Notes under the pieces: generated by a model
Told to the model about the DNA's origin: nothing
What the model saw: only the letters and a program-made list of their open reading frames with translations
Databases searched by the model: none
Position numbers and translations under genes: made by a program
Assembly (NCBI RefSeq): GCF_964204645.1
Contig: NC_134026.1
Span: forward strand, 22,478,150 to 22,542,149
DNA from: Tubulanus polymorphus
Taxonomy: Eukaryota > Animalia > Nemertea
DNA length: 64,000 nt
Direction of reading: 5' to 3'
In this document: piece by piece, positions 50,447 to 64,000 of the stretch
How the letters are laid out: the number at the start of each line of letters is the position of its first letter
Numbering within the stretch: position 1 is the stretch's first letter

Positions 50447-53400
50447 TAATAATAATTTTAAATTTGTTTCCTCGATATGGATTGATTGATGATGTTAGTG
50501 TTTTATCAAACCAGTTACCCCGAAAAGATAAATTCGTATATGCGTTGATATAATAGCGTTGAGTCCAGGCGAAAGATCTGCTGAACAAACCTAACAGCAC
50601 TGTTTGTTATATATTTCTACACAAAGTGATTGTTAAAACATGAAATGATTATGAAAAAAATTGAATATCAATTCTTTATTGACAGAAGCTGTTGTCATCG
50701 GAAGCGCATTGCACCTTACCGCGGACAATCATGTATTAGCCATTAACGTCACAAACTCATTAGAATTCCCACGAACGGAAACTGATCAATATCATATACG
50801 ATGAGTGTTCCGGTAGAGAACGGATTCCGAGAATTGTTTTCAATATTCCGATGGCAATTCGATTGTGAAATCAACTAGATAGAATTGTCACATCTCTCCA
50901 GCGAAGAATTCATGCCACAATGATACCATAAATTCAATTTGCATACTGCCAAACTCGTATTATTATTGCACCGAATGACCAATGACCTTCATTGAATGTT
51001 GGACCGTTGATATAAATGGATCAGATTGATAATCACGTGTTTGTATTCTAAAACAATTTCAACACCGGTCGATGAGTAACGACAGTTTTTTTCGCCATCT
51101 TTGATGTCTACAGAATTCAAGTCAATATGTGCGATTGCGAGGTAGACAGGTTATGATAACACGCTGACTCGAAACAAGCAATGAAATTCGAGATTTAATC
51201 GTTTTAAAATTACCGTTATTTAACCGTTAGTTTCACCGACTAAAAACAAAAATTAGTAGTGGTGATGTTTCGACTAAAATTCTATGAGCCATTTCCAAAA
51301 CTGTTATTGTTTAATTCATGGATTTTCTTCAATATTCTGACGATGTTTGATAGGTTAGAATTCGTTCCCTGCATTACGATTCACCTCATGTCCTGTCGGC
51401 CGATTTCCATGGGAACCAAAGCACGTGTTTAATCATAATAATATTCAAATTTTACACGTGATCGAGTGTGTGGATTTTTCCGAAATGGATATCTTGCTGA
51501 AGCGGCATTTGCCATCATTTAATTTTCATGAATTCGTGTCGGTTTTTCCGTATGATATACCTATACTTCGGTGACGTTTGTGAGAGTACTCCTGATCGAA
51601 TGAAACATCATCGACAAGTTTCGCAGTCATTGTGTTGACGCCGCTCAGTAGAATAAGTGAATTCAGTCGACAATCTAGAAAAATTCAATGGCTGTTGAAT
51701 GAAATACGTATCGAAGTCATTTTGTAGATTTCGATCTCGTTAATTATATATCATACCCACAAACTGCAACTCAAGATCATCAAACCGCACATTAGATACG
51801 TAAGAACGATAATTACACCCTTCGATGAATACGTAACGGCGAACAAGATTGCACTCTCAAAAACAAACGTGTGCATTGACTCCTTTAGATTCGATATTTT
51901 TTCTCAGATGTGTTACTTCAGGATGTAAAATAAAGTGATCATTTTTCAACAAATATTTTATCAGAAAATTTAAAAAGAATAATATCGATAAAGGTCATTG
52001 AATTTATAGGGATGGGATTAATGGATAATAAAAGATGAAAAAGTCCCAAGATTTTAAAAGCAGTTTAGCTTCCATAATGCTGTATACGCGAAATAGGAAT
52101 TTATTCTCGACAAAACTTCGTTTACTCTTCAAAAACCGAAGCACGTCATCATCATCACTAAAGCCCGCGTTATCAAAAAGAATTGGAGTGGTCGGTCATT
52201 CGTTCCATTAAACATTACAACAGCACAAAATAGTTAATTATTCACAACTAATTTGTTTTTCAGGCAGCGTTGCCAATATCTAGCATATGATCCGTGTCGC
52301 AACTGGTAAATTTGATATTTCACTTCCGAATCGAGAGTACCTATACCGTGTCAAGATATATATGCTTGTTAACTTACCATGAAAGCCCGCGAACACTCAT
52401 GGAATTGCTAGAAGTGTAGCATATTAAATGTGTATGTAGCCGGGAAGGTGCGAGTACCTCTGATGTAACTAAATAACTAAGAATTTGCACTCGTAACGAG
52501 GCGAAATAACATATCAGTCGTTTAGTCAAGTAGACTTTGTCGTTGATGGCTTGATCGGTGAAGTTTCTTCAACAGCGAAATCTCTTCGAAATCTGACTGC
52601 TTTTTCCGCCCGATACGAGACGCTAAGTGGAAGCCATTAATGTTGCGAAACTTCAGATTTCATGTCACAATGCGTCAAGAGCGTCGGAAAATAGCGAGTA
52701 TGTGAAATTTTAGATTCGGCTGTTCGATCGAACAGGTTGGTACGACACTCCTGTCCTGTGCCTGCGAAAATAACTGTTTCAATCGAGCGACTCAGATTGT
52801 AATCGCATTTATGCCAATTAAAAATGATTCGATGGTACTTGGAAGAAATTCAAATTTGAATTATGATCGTTGATTTTGCTAGTTTGAACGCGGCCGTCTA
52901 GGACGATCGAAACATCATTATCAACGGATGATCCTATGTACAAACTTGAACCTGTCGAGCGGTTTTTCATCTTACAGTTAATTTCCTGATGTTTTCGTCA
53001 CAAATTGGCATCGTATTTTCATAAGATGGACGTATTATTCTCTTCAAATAGAAGTAGAGATGCCATACTATATGACACTTTACAATGTAGCCGGTTGGTA
53101 TACGAATACTTTTGATAACTGTTTCCGGCATACGTGGTGGGCCGAATATTACGCAGAATCGGACGGTGCTTACGATCAGTATTGTGATGAGGATGAAAAA
53201 AGTTTACCAGATGACAAAAGTGTTCTCGTCGACTTCGAGTAAGTTCTTCACCTTTTTCGAGGGTACCTGGAGATTTAAGATTATGCAATATTGGAAAAAA
53301 TCCGCAAAGTTTAACGTAGATTTATGATGGATTTTATCCGATTATTTAGATACTAATTTTAACGTCTATCGATGTTGGTGTTTGGTTTCATTTTACAGAA

Positions 53401-56400
53401 GACCAAAAGTCATACTTTTTTTCTAGTACATAATATCATAATCGATATTTATCGATAGATGTCGTTGGTTTGTTTTTTGGCCTTTTTTAAACTTTAATCC
53501 GAGTCAAATCAAATCAGCCATGATTTCTCATCATTCGCTAGGATCAAGTTTCATTATGCAAATGCTCACGCGAAAGCGATTTCTTTTTCATCGTTGTCCG
53601 TTGCTTTCATCTCAGATCGGTTAGTCAATACTAAACAGAAAACTGTGAAAGTTATCGTCATAACTATAATGAATAATAAATGATTTAAGAAGTGTCCTGA
53701 ATTTCACCATTCCGTTCTAAAAAACATGTTTAACATAAAGTATCCATAAACAAAAAATTCATCGGAAGGTATTTTATCTGGGATTGATGAAAAAACTAAC
53801 ATCATCACTAAACTGCAAATTTCAAAGCCTCTTACGGATTATCGTGATCGGGGCTGTATTTTTCTACTTTCGCCAACGCGTTTTAACAACGAATGTAATA
53901 ACGTGTAATTTTGAATTTCATTACTTTGAATTTCATTACTGGTTTTGTTTGAAAAAAATCGTTGCTAACAACAGTTCCCCCTTGGGGGTACTGGACGTAG
54001 TCTAGTGAAGCATATCTCCAGTTGTCACACTGGTAGGACATTATAGCATTAATTGTTTTGTTCCATTCGTCGCCATGGGAACCCATCAAGTGGTGCAATA
54101 TAGTTTCCTTTTGTTCACAGCTCGTTGACAAACATATATACATCATACTAACGGTGGATGTCGCTGTCACAAGCGAAAGCCAATGGTCCAGAACTATCGG
54201 AAAATTCTTGAGTTTGAAAAAACCCATAATTCTATATTTTTGTACTTGCAGGGTTGCCCCACGATGCCCTATTGACCAAGTCCATGTTGAAAGAGACAAG
54301 GTGTGTTATCAAAGGTTGTGTAGGATGTATCGTCAGTCCGTTCGTAATAGTTCATGATTATCATTAAAAATCATTAATTTCAGATATGCGTGGACAAAGC
54401 CTTTCAAAAGGAGACCGACAATCTTGCGGTACAATGCTCAAATCAATCACAAGGTTGCGAGTGGGAAGGATGTTTGAAGGACCTTGGGGTAAATTATGAT
54501 AGATTACGAAATATTGAATGCTTTTTTTGGAAGCTATTTGTAGCGCAAATTTCAATTTTTCAGGGACACGTCGAAGAATGTGGTTATTCAATGACGTCTT
54601 GTCCGAATCAATGCGGCGTCGACTTTCAGAAACGGTTTTTGGACAAACATATGGAAAGTGATTGTCCTAAGCGGCCGGTCGAATGTGATTTCTGCCAGCA
54701 GCCAATTTTATCCGGTGATGAAGTCGACCATCTAAACGAATGTCCTAATTTTCCCATACCGTGCCCGAATAACTGTGGCGTTAAGGATATTTTAAGAAGT
54801 GAAGTAAGAACGATTCTATTCAACACATACAAAACGCCATATGTCATTCATTATTATTCCATTTCGCTTAAGTTATATGTAATAAAATTTTCTTTCACTT
54901 AATGTCAAATATGCCTTTATTTTCTACAAGCAATGTTCAAAATTTATTCATTTTACGAAACGTTTTTGCAATTTCAGCTCGATAACCATACGAAAAATGC
55001 CTGTCCGTTGCAGAACATTGACTGTCCATTCGCTCCATTCGGTTGCGAGAAAAAGGTAAGCTTCATTACTGAGTTTGAAACAGCAACAATTCAATGAATT
55101 GAATTGAAATGCAATTTGGTTTGTGAATATGGTTAATTGTATAATTATAGTTTATTATTATGCATACTTATATTCTAGTGCCTCCGCCGTGAAATAGATG
55201 CCCACTTACAAACCACTACCCAAGATCATCTTACAACTGTCTGTAACGCTATGGTATCCCACAAAAGCATATTCGAAGAACAGGCACAAGTACTCGACGA
55301 ACATATTCAAAAAGTTGAAAAAATGGAGAAAAAGGTAACAATAACTTATCAGCTCACGGGAATAAAGTAGTTTCCAGTTTGTAGGCGCCATTTTGTGGCG
55401 GTCCCTCGAGGTCCCTATTGTTGTGATGATTTGCACTCATTTTCAACACATAAGTTTAGATTGAATATCATCCTTGCTGGATGAACTTAATTTATACACC
55501 ATTACACCATTTTAAAGGAAATGAAATGCAGATAATTGTTGGTGATTCTTGGATTTTTTGAACGCAACAATAACAGTGACGATGTGAAACCAAGGACTGC
55601 ATATCCTAACCGCGCGTAAAAGAAATCGCGATATTTATTAATTCTACACGGAGATTCATCGAAATATAAATATGCGGAAACAGCGAGTGACATTTCGTCT
55701 AGAAAAATTCTAAGAATGTTTGATTGCTTTTAAAAATAGGTGGACAAGCTTGAGAAAATGTACGGAGTCCAGTTTCTTTGGAGAATTGACAAATACGAGG
55801 AACGACTAGCAGATGCGAAATCCGGCAAGAAAACGACCATATTCAGTCCGCCATTTTATTCACATAGACACGGCTATAAGATGACAGTCTCGGTTTGTCT
55901 TTACGGCGACGGAAGAGGTAAAAACGGTTATACACATTTTTAACTGATCTTACAAATACCAAATCTAATGTTTATCTATATGTCTTTCGAACGAAAACTG
56001 TCAATATCTAAGTAATTTGCTAAATAACCCTGGACTTTCAGCTTTCAATGGGGTACACGTACAAATTTCATATCTGCCGTATTGCAGCTGTTTCCTTTGA
56101 ATAAGAACTTTCGAGCTACGAATAACTTTCAATAATTTCCGCACTTCAATCTCGTTAAAAGGCATGCCAATTAATGTACATCAATTTTCCTTTTTAAATC
56201 GTATAGCGCGCGGAAAGCACATGTCTTTGTTTGTGTGCATCATGCGAGGCGACTACGATCCGCTCCTGACTTGGCCATTTTCACACCGTATCACATTCAC
56301 GCTGATCGACCAGTGTCAGGACCCAGCCGCCAGACGTAACATCCAATACAGCATCAAACCGAACACGTGCAAGGAGAACCGGCCATTTCTCGGTCGGCCG

Positions 56401-56535
56401 TCGTCGGAAAGGAATGCTAGTTTCGGCGCCCAGAAGTTTATCGAACTAGACATCATGAACACGTTGGACTACATTCGAGACGATACGATATTTATCAAGG
56501 TCTCTATCGACACTGAAGAAATAAGTATGGTGTGA
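48762..56535 (+). CDS. TNF receptor-associated factor, TRAF4-like (RING, TRAF zinc fingers, coiled coil, MATH), 8 exons
   Basis: RING CPVCCQVLRYPVQFEECGHRCCSSC|..RCPID; zinc fingers CPNQC..HMESDC and CPNNC..HTKNAC; MATH FLWRID..IFSPPFYSHRHGYKM..GDYDPLLTWPF..YIRDDTIFIK. Exons ~48762-49072, 54252-54300, 54384-54488, 54564-54803, 54978-55055, 55179-55334, 55740-55917 and 56207-56535. Confidence 0.95.
50020..50456. repeat. Compound (AAT)/(GAT)/(AACGAT) microsatellite in TRAF intron 1
   Basis: Directly visible; source of the spurious N/D- and I/T-rich ORFs. Confidence 0.97.
53060..53238 (+). CDS. Candidate alternative first coding exon of the TRAF gene (RING-less isoform)
   Basis: ATG-initiated 59-codon ORF ending at a perfect GA|GTAAGT donor in phase 2, the same phase as canonical exon 1, so it splices in frame to exon 2 (..DFE-VAPRCPID). 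Confidence 0.6.
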
Positions 56536-58315
56536 AATTGACATTTCCCATCAAAGATGAGATATATAACGTTTGACGGGAAAAGCTTTGCATGATACGT
56601 AATAACGTTCGAAATTTATACAAAAAAAAAATTCATATTCTATTGTGTTGTGTAAAGTTTTACGTAACTGGTTTAAATGATTCTGTAAAAGAGCCAGAGA
56701 GGTAATTAAAATGGAAAGAAGGTTGGATGGTAGATATCTTATTTTTCATAACGGTCCTGGGCATATATTACTCATTCCTAATTTCATATAATCGATAACG
56801 TTAAAGGTTCTTTGTGATATGAGCCGTTATATATTTTGTATTTCGTTTGAATATAAACTGCTGCATGAATGTCATTATTCAACAACGCTTTGTTCCGCAA
56901 AAAAAAATAAATCCGTCCAATTACTTTCCGTAGTTTTCCACAAGATATCCACAAATTACACGTAGAGCACATCTGTTATATCCATATTAACCCGCTTTCC
57001 GACAAACAAGGTGATAAATGTCCGTGAATAAAAAAGTCCAAACGGTTGAAAATGATGCAAAATCACTTACTTACGTTGTTGTTTCAAATAAGATCACTGT
57101 TTTTGAATTAATATTAGTTTGTCTATATTAAGGCTATGCTAACGGATTTTTTGTCGTTTCGGCGCGGTTATCAAATGCGCCCACAAATTATCAGCGCGCT
57201 AAAATGAAAAATAATTCTACTGTAGTTGAAAATTTATTCCGGCGTTCTGGTGCCCTCATTTGCATATCAGGAATTTACGTAATGGCTCGAATCAGCCACG
57301 ATACTATACACTGTGATCAAGCATTTCCGTCCTAACTTGGAGTAAGCAACTACATCGATATGAAAGTTTTAGTGAAATTAATGATTCCCAGGTATTATTG
57401 GAAACGTATGTGTTGTTTGTATATCTAAAAGAAATTCATGCTATACGGCTACGACTGTGATTTAACATTAGGAACCGCCATTTAAATCTACCCATCTTCT
57501 ACATGAAGCACTTAATGTTGTATTATCATGCATCAATGTATCAATACATGAACATAAAAACAATGTCACAGATTTTGCAGCCATGTTAATATAGTAATCA
57601 GGTAGTGTCGTATACAAAAAGGTTTTGTGTTTTTGTTGTACCACCTGTTGCGTAGAAAATTAAACGGTGAACCGTCATTTGCACACGTTTACTTATTTAT
57701 TACACACACAAAAATATACACACATAATATGAATTAAGGAAAAATCTATTCGCATCAAGGACCCGAGACTGTGAATGATAATCCGTTGATAACACAGCAT
57801 TTGCTTTTCGAATTGGGTGATGCCATGAACTGAGTGATTTAACATGATATGATAGTTATTTCAGATCTCTATCCATATCACATTTATCATTATTGAAATC
57901 CTTATGTACGCAACAACGAAATATATCTCTTCATATAAATCAATGCGTTTCTTTTTTTGATTGTCGCTATTTCATTGACGTCGAGTTCTATTCAATCGTT
58001 GCTGTTCTTATTCTTAACAATTAAGAGAAGCTTTCAGTACTTCCGATGTTCTAAATCATTGATTCATGCGTGTGTGTTACCATGGGATATACAGATAAGT
58101 GAAATGTGAAAAAAATCAAGAAAAAATGGTGCATCTAGATACAGTTTTACTATTCTAAGAAATTCATCCATTAATTTCGTATTTCGGAACAAAGACCCGC
58201 CGGGTATAGATACTGCGAAACGTCTCTAAGAAACAAACCAAATAAAACCATAACAAGCAGTCGAGTCTCTATAGCAGCCAAGGAATAGGAGTCTACGTTC
58301 AAGGAATTTCAAAAT

Positions 58316-60626
58316 ATGTTACCCAGTCAGCGGGAACAGTCGCCTGGAAAAGCAAAGGGTGAGGTTGATAGGATTTTGCACAGACCAGAGGCTGTACATG
58401 AAGCTATTAAGAAATTCAAAGCTAGAAAAGGGAAAATTTGTTCGAAAGTGAATAAATTCGGAATAAAAGATGGGAATACGGAATGCTATCAAGAATACTT
58501 AGACGTAGAGATGTCAGCTGTCACGAACCTTGTAACAGATACAACTTATGAAAACCCCCGAGAGCCAGAGTCTGATGAGGAGGATGTTGGAGCACTTCTT
58601 GGTGGTGGGATATCTCTGAGTGGTGGGACACATCTGGCCAATAGAATATCTGTGGGTGATGGAGAGCCGCTGGGTGATGAGGTGCATCTAGGTGATTGGA
58701 CAACCTTGGATGGTATGGTGCATGATAATGGGACAACTGTGAAAATGGATGATCAGGCAATATACGAAGCCGATGGCGAAAACTCAATGTTGAGAGAAAA
58801 ACGTGACTGTAACAAAAGGTAAGATGATTGCAATAAAGCAGTACCGTATACAATGAAAAACAAATGACAAAATTAGTAAAATTCATCAGGATAATGCGGT
58901 ATACGTCGGTGGAAACTCAATGGTAAACCTTGGGTTTGACGAGGTTAATTAAAAATTCAAGAACAATGAATTTTCTGGATTGCATTCAGAAAAAGCTCAT
59001 TGGTTAAACAAACGTGTCAAGAAAAGAATGAAAGCCGGAGACCGGATATTCGAGAAGTTGAGTAGTTCTAGATATATTGAACTGTTTCATAAGGTCTTGA
59101 ATGTTTCGAAAGTTCATGAAGGTACACTGATACTTCAAAGTATACACTAGGGATTCAATCGAGTAAAGCTTTTCATCATTGGATTTTGCTAGACAACTGC
59201 CTCGGTTTATGTCGTATATAGACGTAACTTGGTAGCAATCAGAAATTTTTTCAACTACAAACTCTTTAGACACTAGAATATGGTGACAAATTTATATGAA
59301 ATCAAAAATCTTGGAATTAATTTCATAGTATATGTAGATTCTGGAATAGTATGGCGGAGATTTGCGCCGAAAAACATACGAAAAACGGTGACACAAAGCG
59401 GTATGTGGGAATGTAAATATTTCATCAGGTCGCGATAATGAAATTTATCACCGTGAGGAATATCTAATTTACTACCTTTAGATCAAATTTTGTATTGTTA
59501 ACTTGTAAAAACATGGTATATATGTTTTTCAAAATTTCTGCTATGGTGATATTCTTTTCCAACAGCGGTACGTTGTCCACTGATCAACTAAAACAGCTAA
59601 CATCGATGTCCAGAGGGTTAGCGGAAAATCGCGGAATTCTGGATGAAAACAAAAGAACACGAACAAAAGTCAACGACCTCATATCTACGGTAACTCTTTT
59701 ATTTTCTACTTGTGTCACAATCGATAAATCCTCTTCATAAAGTCTATCGTCGCCAAAGTATATCCACCTTCGTTAATGTAGCGAAACATTTAGGATAAAA
59801 ATTCATCATTTTGTAGCGAATTGTCTATCGCTTAATATGATTCAGATTGACAACAAGATCAAACACTTTCATACTGTGTTTGGAAAACATCAGTACATCT
59901 GGCGAATAAACAATATCAAATTGTTGCTCTTGGAGTCAGAGCAAGGTACCAGACGAATTATCTATAGTCCCCAATTCTTCAGCCACCCGCGTGGCTACAA
60001 GATGATCGTTAGTCTTTGTCCGCATGGTGAAGGAAAAGGTATACCAACCAGTTCATTTGATGGTATCAATAATATATCTTTTCTCATTCATATATCATAA
60101 GTAAAGTTTCTGTTTAACAAATTATTTTCTTTTACAATTTCTAAAACTATTACTGAATTTTCTTTTATTCTGTCATGATATTCACAGTGATTATCTTATA
60201 AATTACTGGGTTAGTGTATCTATTTTCTTTACACAGCTCAAGGAAAGTACGTATCGCTTTTCTTCTGTTTAATCAAAGGCGAGTACGACCCGACACATAT
60301 CTGGCCCTTCTGTCACGAGATAACGTTCTCCCTCTTGGATCAGACATACGACAGAGACCACGTGACGAAAACATTTACTCCCAATCCATGTCGTGAAAAT
60401 GAACCATTTCTTGGAAGACCAACGAAAGAAAGAAATCTTAGCATAGGTGAATAAGATGCCATTTCAAAAATATTTACTTCTTGATGCGCCGTGTTTATTC
60501 GATTTTCATTTTTCAGGTTTTCCGAAATTTGTTTCACTACAGAAACTAAAAGAAGGCTGCTACACTGAAAATAATACGCTTTTCATAAAGATTGCTGTGA
60601 GCCAAGAGAAAATGGATCCCATGTAG
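58316..60626 (+). CDS. Tandem TRAF paralog lacking RING and zinc fingers (novel N-terminus, coiled coil, MATH), 5 exons
   Basis: Exons ~58316-58818, 59566-59689, 59846-60038, 60237-60446 and 60517-60626; MATH YIWRIN..IYSPQFFSHPRGYKM..GEYDPTHIWPF..PCRENEPFLGRPTKERNLSIGFPKF, clearly paralogous to the upstream TRAF. Linkage of exon 1 is inferred from phase. Confidence 0.82.
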
Positions 60627-61492
60627 AAAGTAAAACGATCTGCTAAAAGTAATACATTGTATATCGTCTGTGATTTAGTATTTAATCCAATGATAAAAAT
60701 TTCTCAACGACTTTTAAATGTTGTACCCCTACTAGAATTGATTGAGTCAGCTATCGTTGATGTGGCATGTGTCTGTAAACATGAACGAGTATAGCTTCAT
60801 TAAAAATGCCATATATGAATTGTTGTAGTTTTTACGTGAAATACGAATCTTCTTCATTTTATTGTTTTAGACCGTAGGCTACAAATTGCATATTTTCAAT
60901 TAAGAACACGTGTGAAATTGGCATGGCGAGTGAAAATCATATGGATGGGATACCTCAACGTTTTCCTAAGTAATTCATACAAAAGGCATTAGTTCGCTCG
61001 CTCTGCATGACCTTCCTTCATCAAGACAAAAATAACAAGTCGTACCAAATAGTATTCCATTCGATAAATAAATGTATTTGTGCCTCAATCAGACTACCAA
61101 ATATAGTTAAAACATAAATTCGCAATATTAAACTGTTTTTAATGACAAATCACAGAAACAAAATACCAAACATAATCTATATACGCAATACTTAATTATT
61201 CAATAAACAAAACTCGCAAAATATGAGACCGAAGTGCATCAAAACGTGTATGAAAAGAGATGAATCATCCGTTAAACTCTAATGAAGAAATAAATACACA
61301 AAGATGTATGTTTTCCAGAAAATCATACAATAATTTTTATGAGAAAGCATTAGACTAGAGATAATTCGAAATTTAAAATTAAAAGGGAGCTCTTGTAATG
61401 TACACTTTTCACTAGGAATGAACGTCATTATAACAATAACATGTAGCACCATTTTGTGTAGATGGAATAAATTTCACATAGCGAGCAACTTT

Positions 61493-63390
61493 TTAATTTC
61501 TTCCCAAAGAGTTTGTGTGAACCGGAGGATCTATTCTGTATAGGTGTGCGGCAACATTGAAATATCCCCGATAGGCAACTTCTTCAGGAGTGGTATCGTA
61601 ATGATAATGTCCACCTTCGCCAAAATCGTTGTAACCATGGAAATGTTCTACCCGTAAATCTAAACCCTGAAGTATTGAAATATGCAAATTTCAAGCTGAA
61701 GCACATTATTGCTTTAAGTAAGATATTTAATGTGAGCGGTTTTAAAACTTACTGGGTCATGAGACACAAGTTCTCCAACGCACAAAAATGGAGTTTTCAT
61801 TTCGTAGAACTGTAGCCAGTTATTTACATCCTCTTCACTGTTCAGTGGGTTACAACAGAAATCTGGCTAAAATGATTGAAAAAATATTGAAAATATTGAA
61901 TAAGTTCTTGCGTATCATGCATTTTAAATGAAATCGGATTAATTTCGTATAGTCTTAAGTTTACCATAACATGAATTTTCACTTTGCCTTGATCAACTAC
62001 AAATGCGCCCCCGAGGCCCACCGGTTTGTCACCATAGTGATCAGACAAGCACTTGCGGATACATGACACAAAATTCAATGGCCCAGTTCTTTTACTGGCT
62101 TTGACTTCAAGAACCTGTGGAATGTAGCGAAAAGGTATCAATTTATTCTTCAATATAAATACAAACAGACAGGGACATATGTATGAAAGCATAATAGCTA
62201 ACTTGTCCAGGATTGCCGTCTGAGCAGAAGAAGTTTCCCATCAAAGCAAAGTCAGCAGTATCTAGCTTTTCTAACAACGGATCCTGTGGAAATCAAATAC
62301 TGGTATCAGGGCAAGTGATAGAAGTTTACATGCTGTTGTTTGAAATGTGACTCGACACACTTACATTATTTGATAATTTGGAAATATTCGACATTATCTC
62401 ATTTGGACCGTTTTCGTTGATCTTTACATTAGCAATTAACTGCAAAACAACACAAACAGACATCGTGTTATAGCCAGGTTCATTCAGAACAAAGAACACA
62501 GAACAAAGAAGCTTATCCAAATAATCAGACCCAGGAGAGCATATTCAGGATCAGTTTGATGCAGTTTTTGATTTAGTTTTAAAAATTCCAAATACAAATG
62601 ACATTTCTAAATGCAGATTTTCTCAAACAAACAATTCATTTGATTCATTCTGTACGAGTTGGACTTTGTGGTGTTCTTTATGACCCATACCTCCGAGTTA
62701 ACGCCCACAACATGGAAAGGACCAGCTCCTGCACCAATGATTGCACCACTCTTCAAACCACAGTCTCTGCCGACTTGTTCTAAATTGTACTTCTACAACA
62801 AATCATGAGTCGATTTAGGAGAACATTTCTACGGTTAATGACAAAAGTTTTCCACTTCTGTTATTTTGACCCACAACAGGGAGCAAAGTAGACCAGCGGT
62901 GTATTATTCCAATAAGCAAGCCCAAGAAACCTTTAAAGCTCTTAACTTCTAGGCCTACTACTCTCTTCTATTTACCTTTTCTTTCATTACAATAGGAACA
63001 AGGTGGGGAGGTCCGCCAACATCAACAAGCTTTGTATCACCAGACAAACCTTTCAAGCATGCATGATAAATACAATAATCATTCGTGAATTCAATAGCGA
63101 AGCGCTTTAAAATTTACCAATCATAGGCCTACCTTGTGAAGTCAAAGCAAAAGGTTTCTCTGTTAGATTAGGACAATCAACAACTTTTACTGACACATCT
63201 GCAAAGTTTTTTAGTAGTCCTTCTTGCAGTACTACAATAAAAAAATATAACATATTTCAGAATTGATTAACTTGGTTGTCCAGTGTCCACAACCCAGCAA
63301 TTATCAAACTCAAATCCACTCACCAGCAGCCAATTCAGCCAGGTTAGGGCTAAAAAGTGTTGATTTAGTTACTTTTTCTACACCAGCCAT
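61493..63390 (-). CDS. C11orf54: Ester hydrolase C11orf54/PTD012 homolog (DUF1907), ~8 exons
   Basis: PNLAELAAVLQEGLLKNFADVSVKVVDCPNLT; VLEVKASKRTGPLNFVSCIR; GLDLRVEHFHG..GGHYHYDTTPEEVAYRGYF (Zn-binding His triad). Confidence 0.95.
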
Positions 63391-64000
63391 TATTCTATGT
63401 CAGTGATTTTCTTATCACCACTGAAAAAAAATACTAGGTTGCATGTAATCAATGTCAATGACAATAAATGTTGGTCAGTGGGGTTAGGTCATCAAATGTC
63501 TAAATGTTAGAGTAAATGTAACATTCTAAATAAAAACTAAGACGATAAAGAATACGACGCTGGGGACTTTCATTCATCGTGTGAATACCAGATGTACGGG
63601 TGGTTTCAGGAACAACGGATTGCCCGAACACCGCAAATAAGATTATTGAACCCGGTTTATGGCGATAATTAGTGAAACAATATTCATCCTATTCGACTTT
63701 TTAATACAAAAGCATCGATCTAATAGCAATCTGTGAGTAAAACAATAATTTGTAGGCTAGATAATTGATCTGAATTGATATATCTTCAACTGTCAGAATT
63801 GGAATTTTTATAATAAAAGCAAAAAATACTCAAGTACCGGTAACATACGCTTCAACGGCTGAGAGTGCGGTTTCAGTGACATCGAGTTCTCAAGGTCGCA
63901 GACTGGTTCGTTCCGCTCCGCTGATTCTAGTGCACTGGGAATGGGATGAAGAGTACGTGTGTGAAAGATTTCCATGTGGAATAGACAGTTAGAGACAGAG

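Noticed and set aside
49707-50600. N/D-rich and I/T-rich ORFs
   Set aside because: Read-through of the intronic trinucleotide microsatellite.
63849-63975. Minus-strand ORF with GTATGT donor as an N-terminal extension of C11orf54
   Set aside because: Splicing to the acceptor at ~63421 meets stops before the C11orf54 ATG; at most a 5'UTR exon or uORF.

Overview
Eukaryotic (invertebrate animal-like, AT-rich, many ~70-100 nt GT-AG introns) genomic DNA; no prokaryotic features. Positions 1-14 kb are essentially non-coding (possible first exon of a minus-strand gene at the left edge, a 510-bp (CCTCTC)n tract, MITE-like hairpins). Positions 14.5-21.9 kb hold an unusual minus-strand, apparently non-coding unit: a ~240-bp-stem hairpin whose mismatches are strongly biased to G:U pairs on the minus strand, followed by a tandem array of ~220-250-bp units that are each a complete exon plus intron, interrupted by a Helentron-type element and flanked by a MITE. 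Positions 22-64 kb are gene-dense. They contain a putatively myristoylated ubiquitin-like-domain protein (+), signal peptide peptidase HM13 (-), a TIR/Cbl-EF-like/HEAT protein with the catalytic Glu retained (+), an orphan gene (-), a MAM-like TM protein with PY motifs (+), a type II SEA-mucin (-), a TRAF4-like gene with a candidate RING-removing alternative first exon (+), a RING-less TRAF paralog with hexapeptide repeats (+), and the C11orf54/PTD012 ester hydrolase (-). All gene models were spliced by eye, so internal boundaries are approximate.
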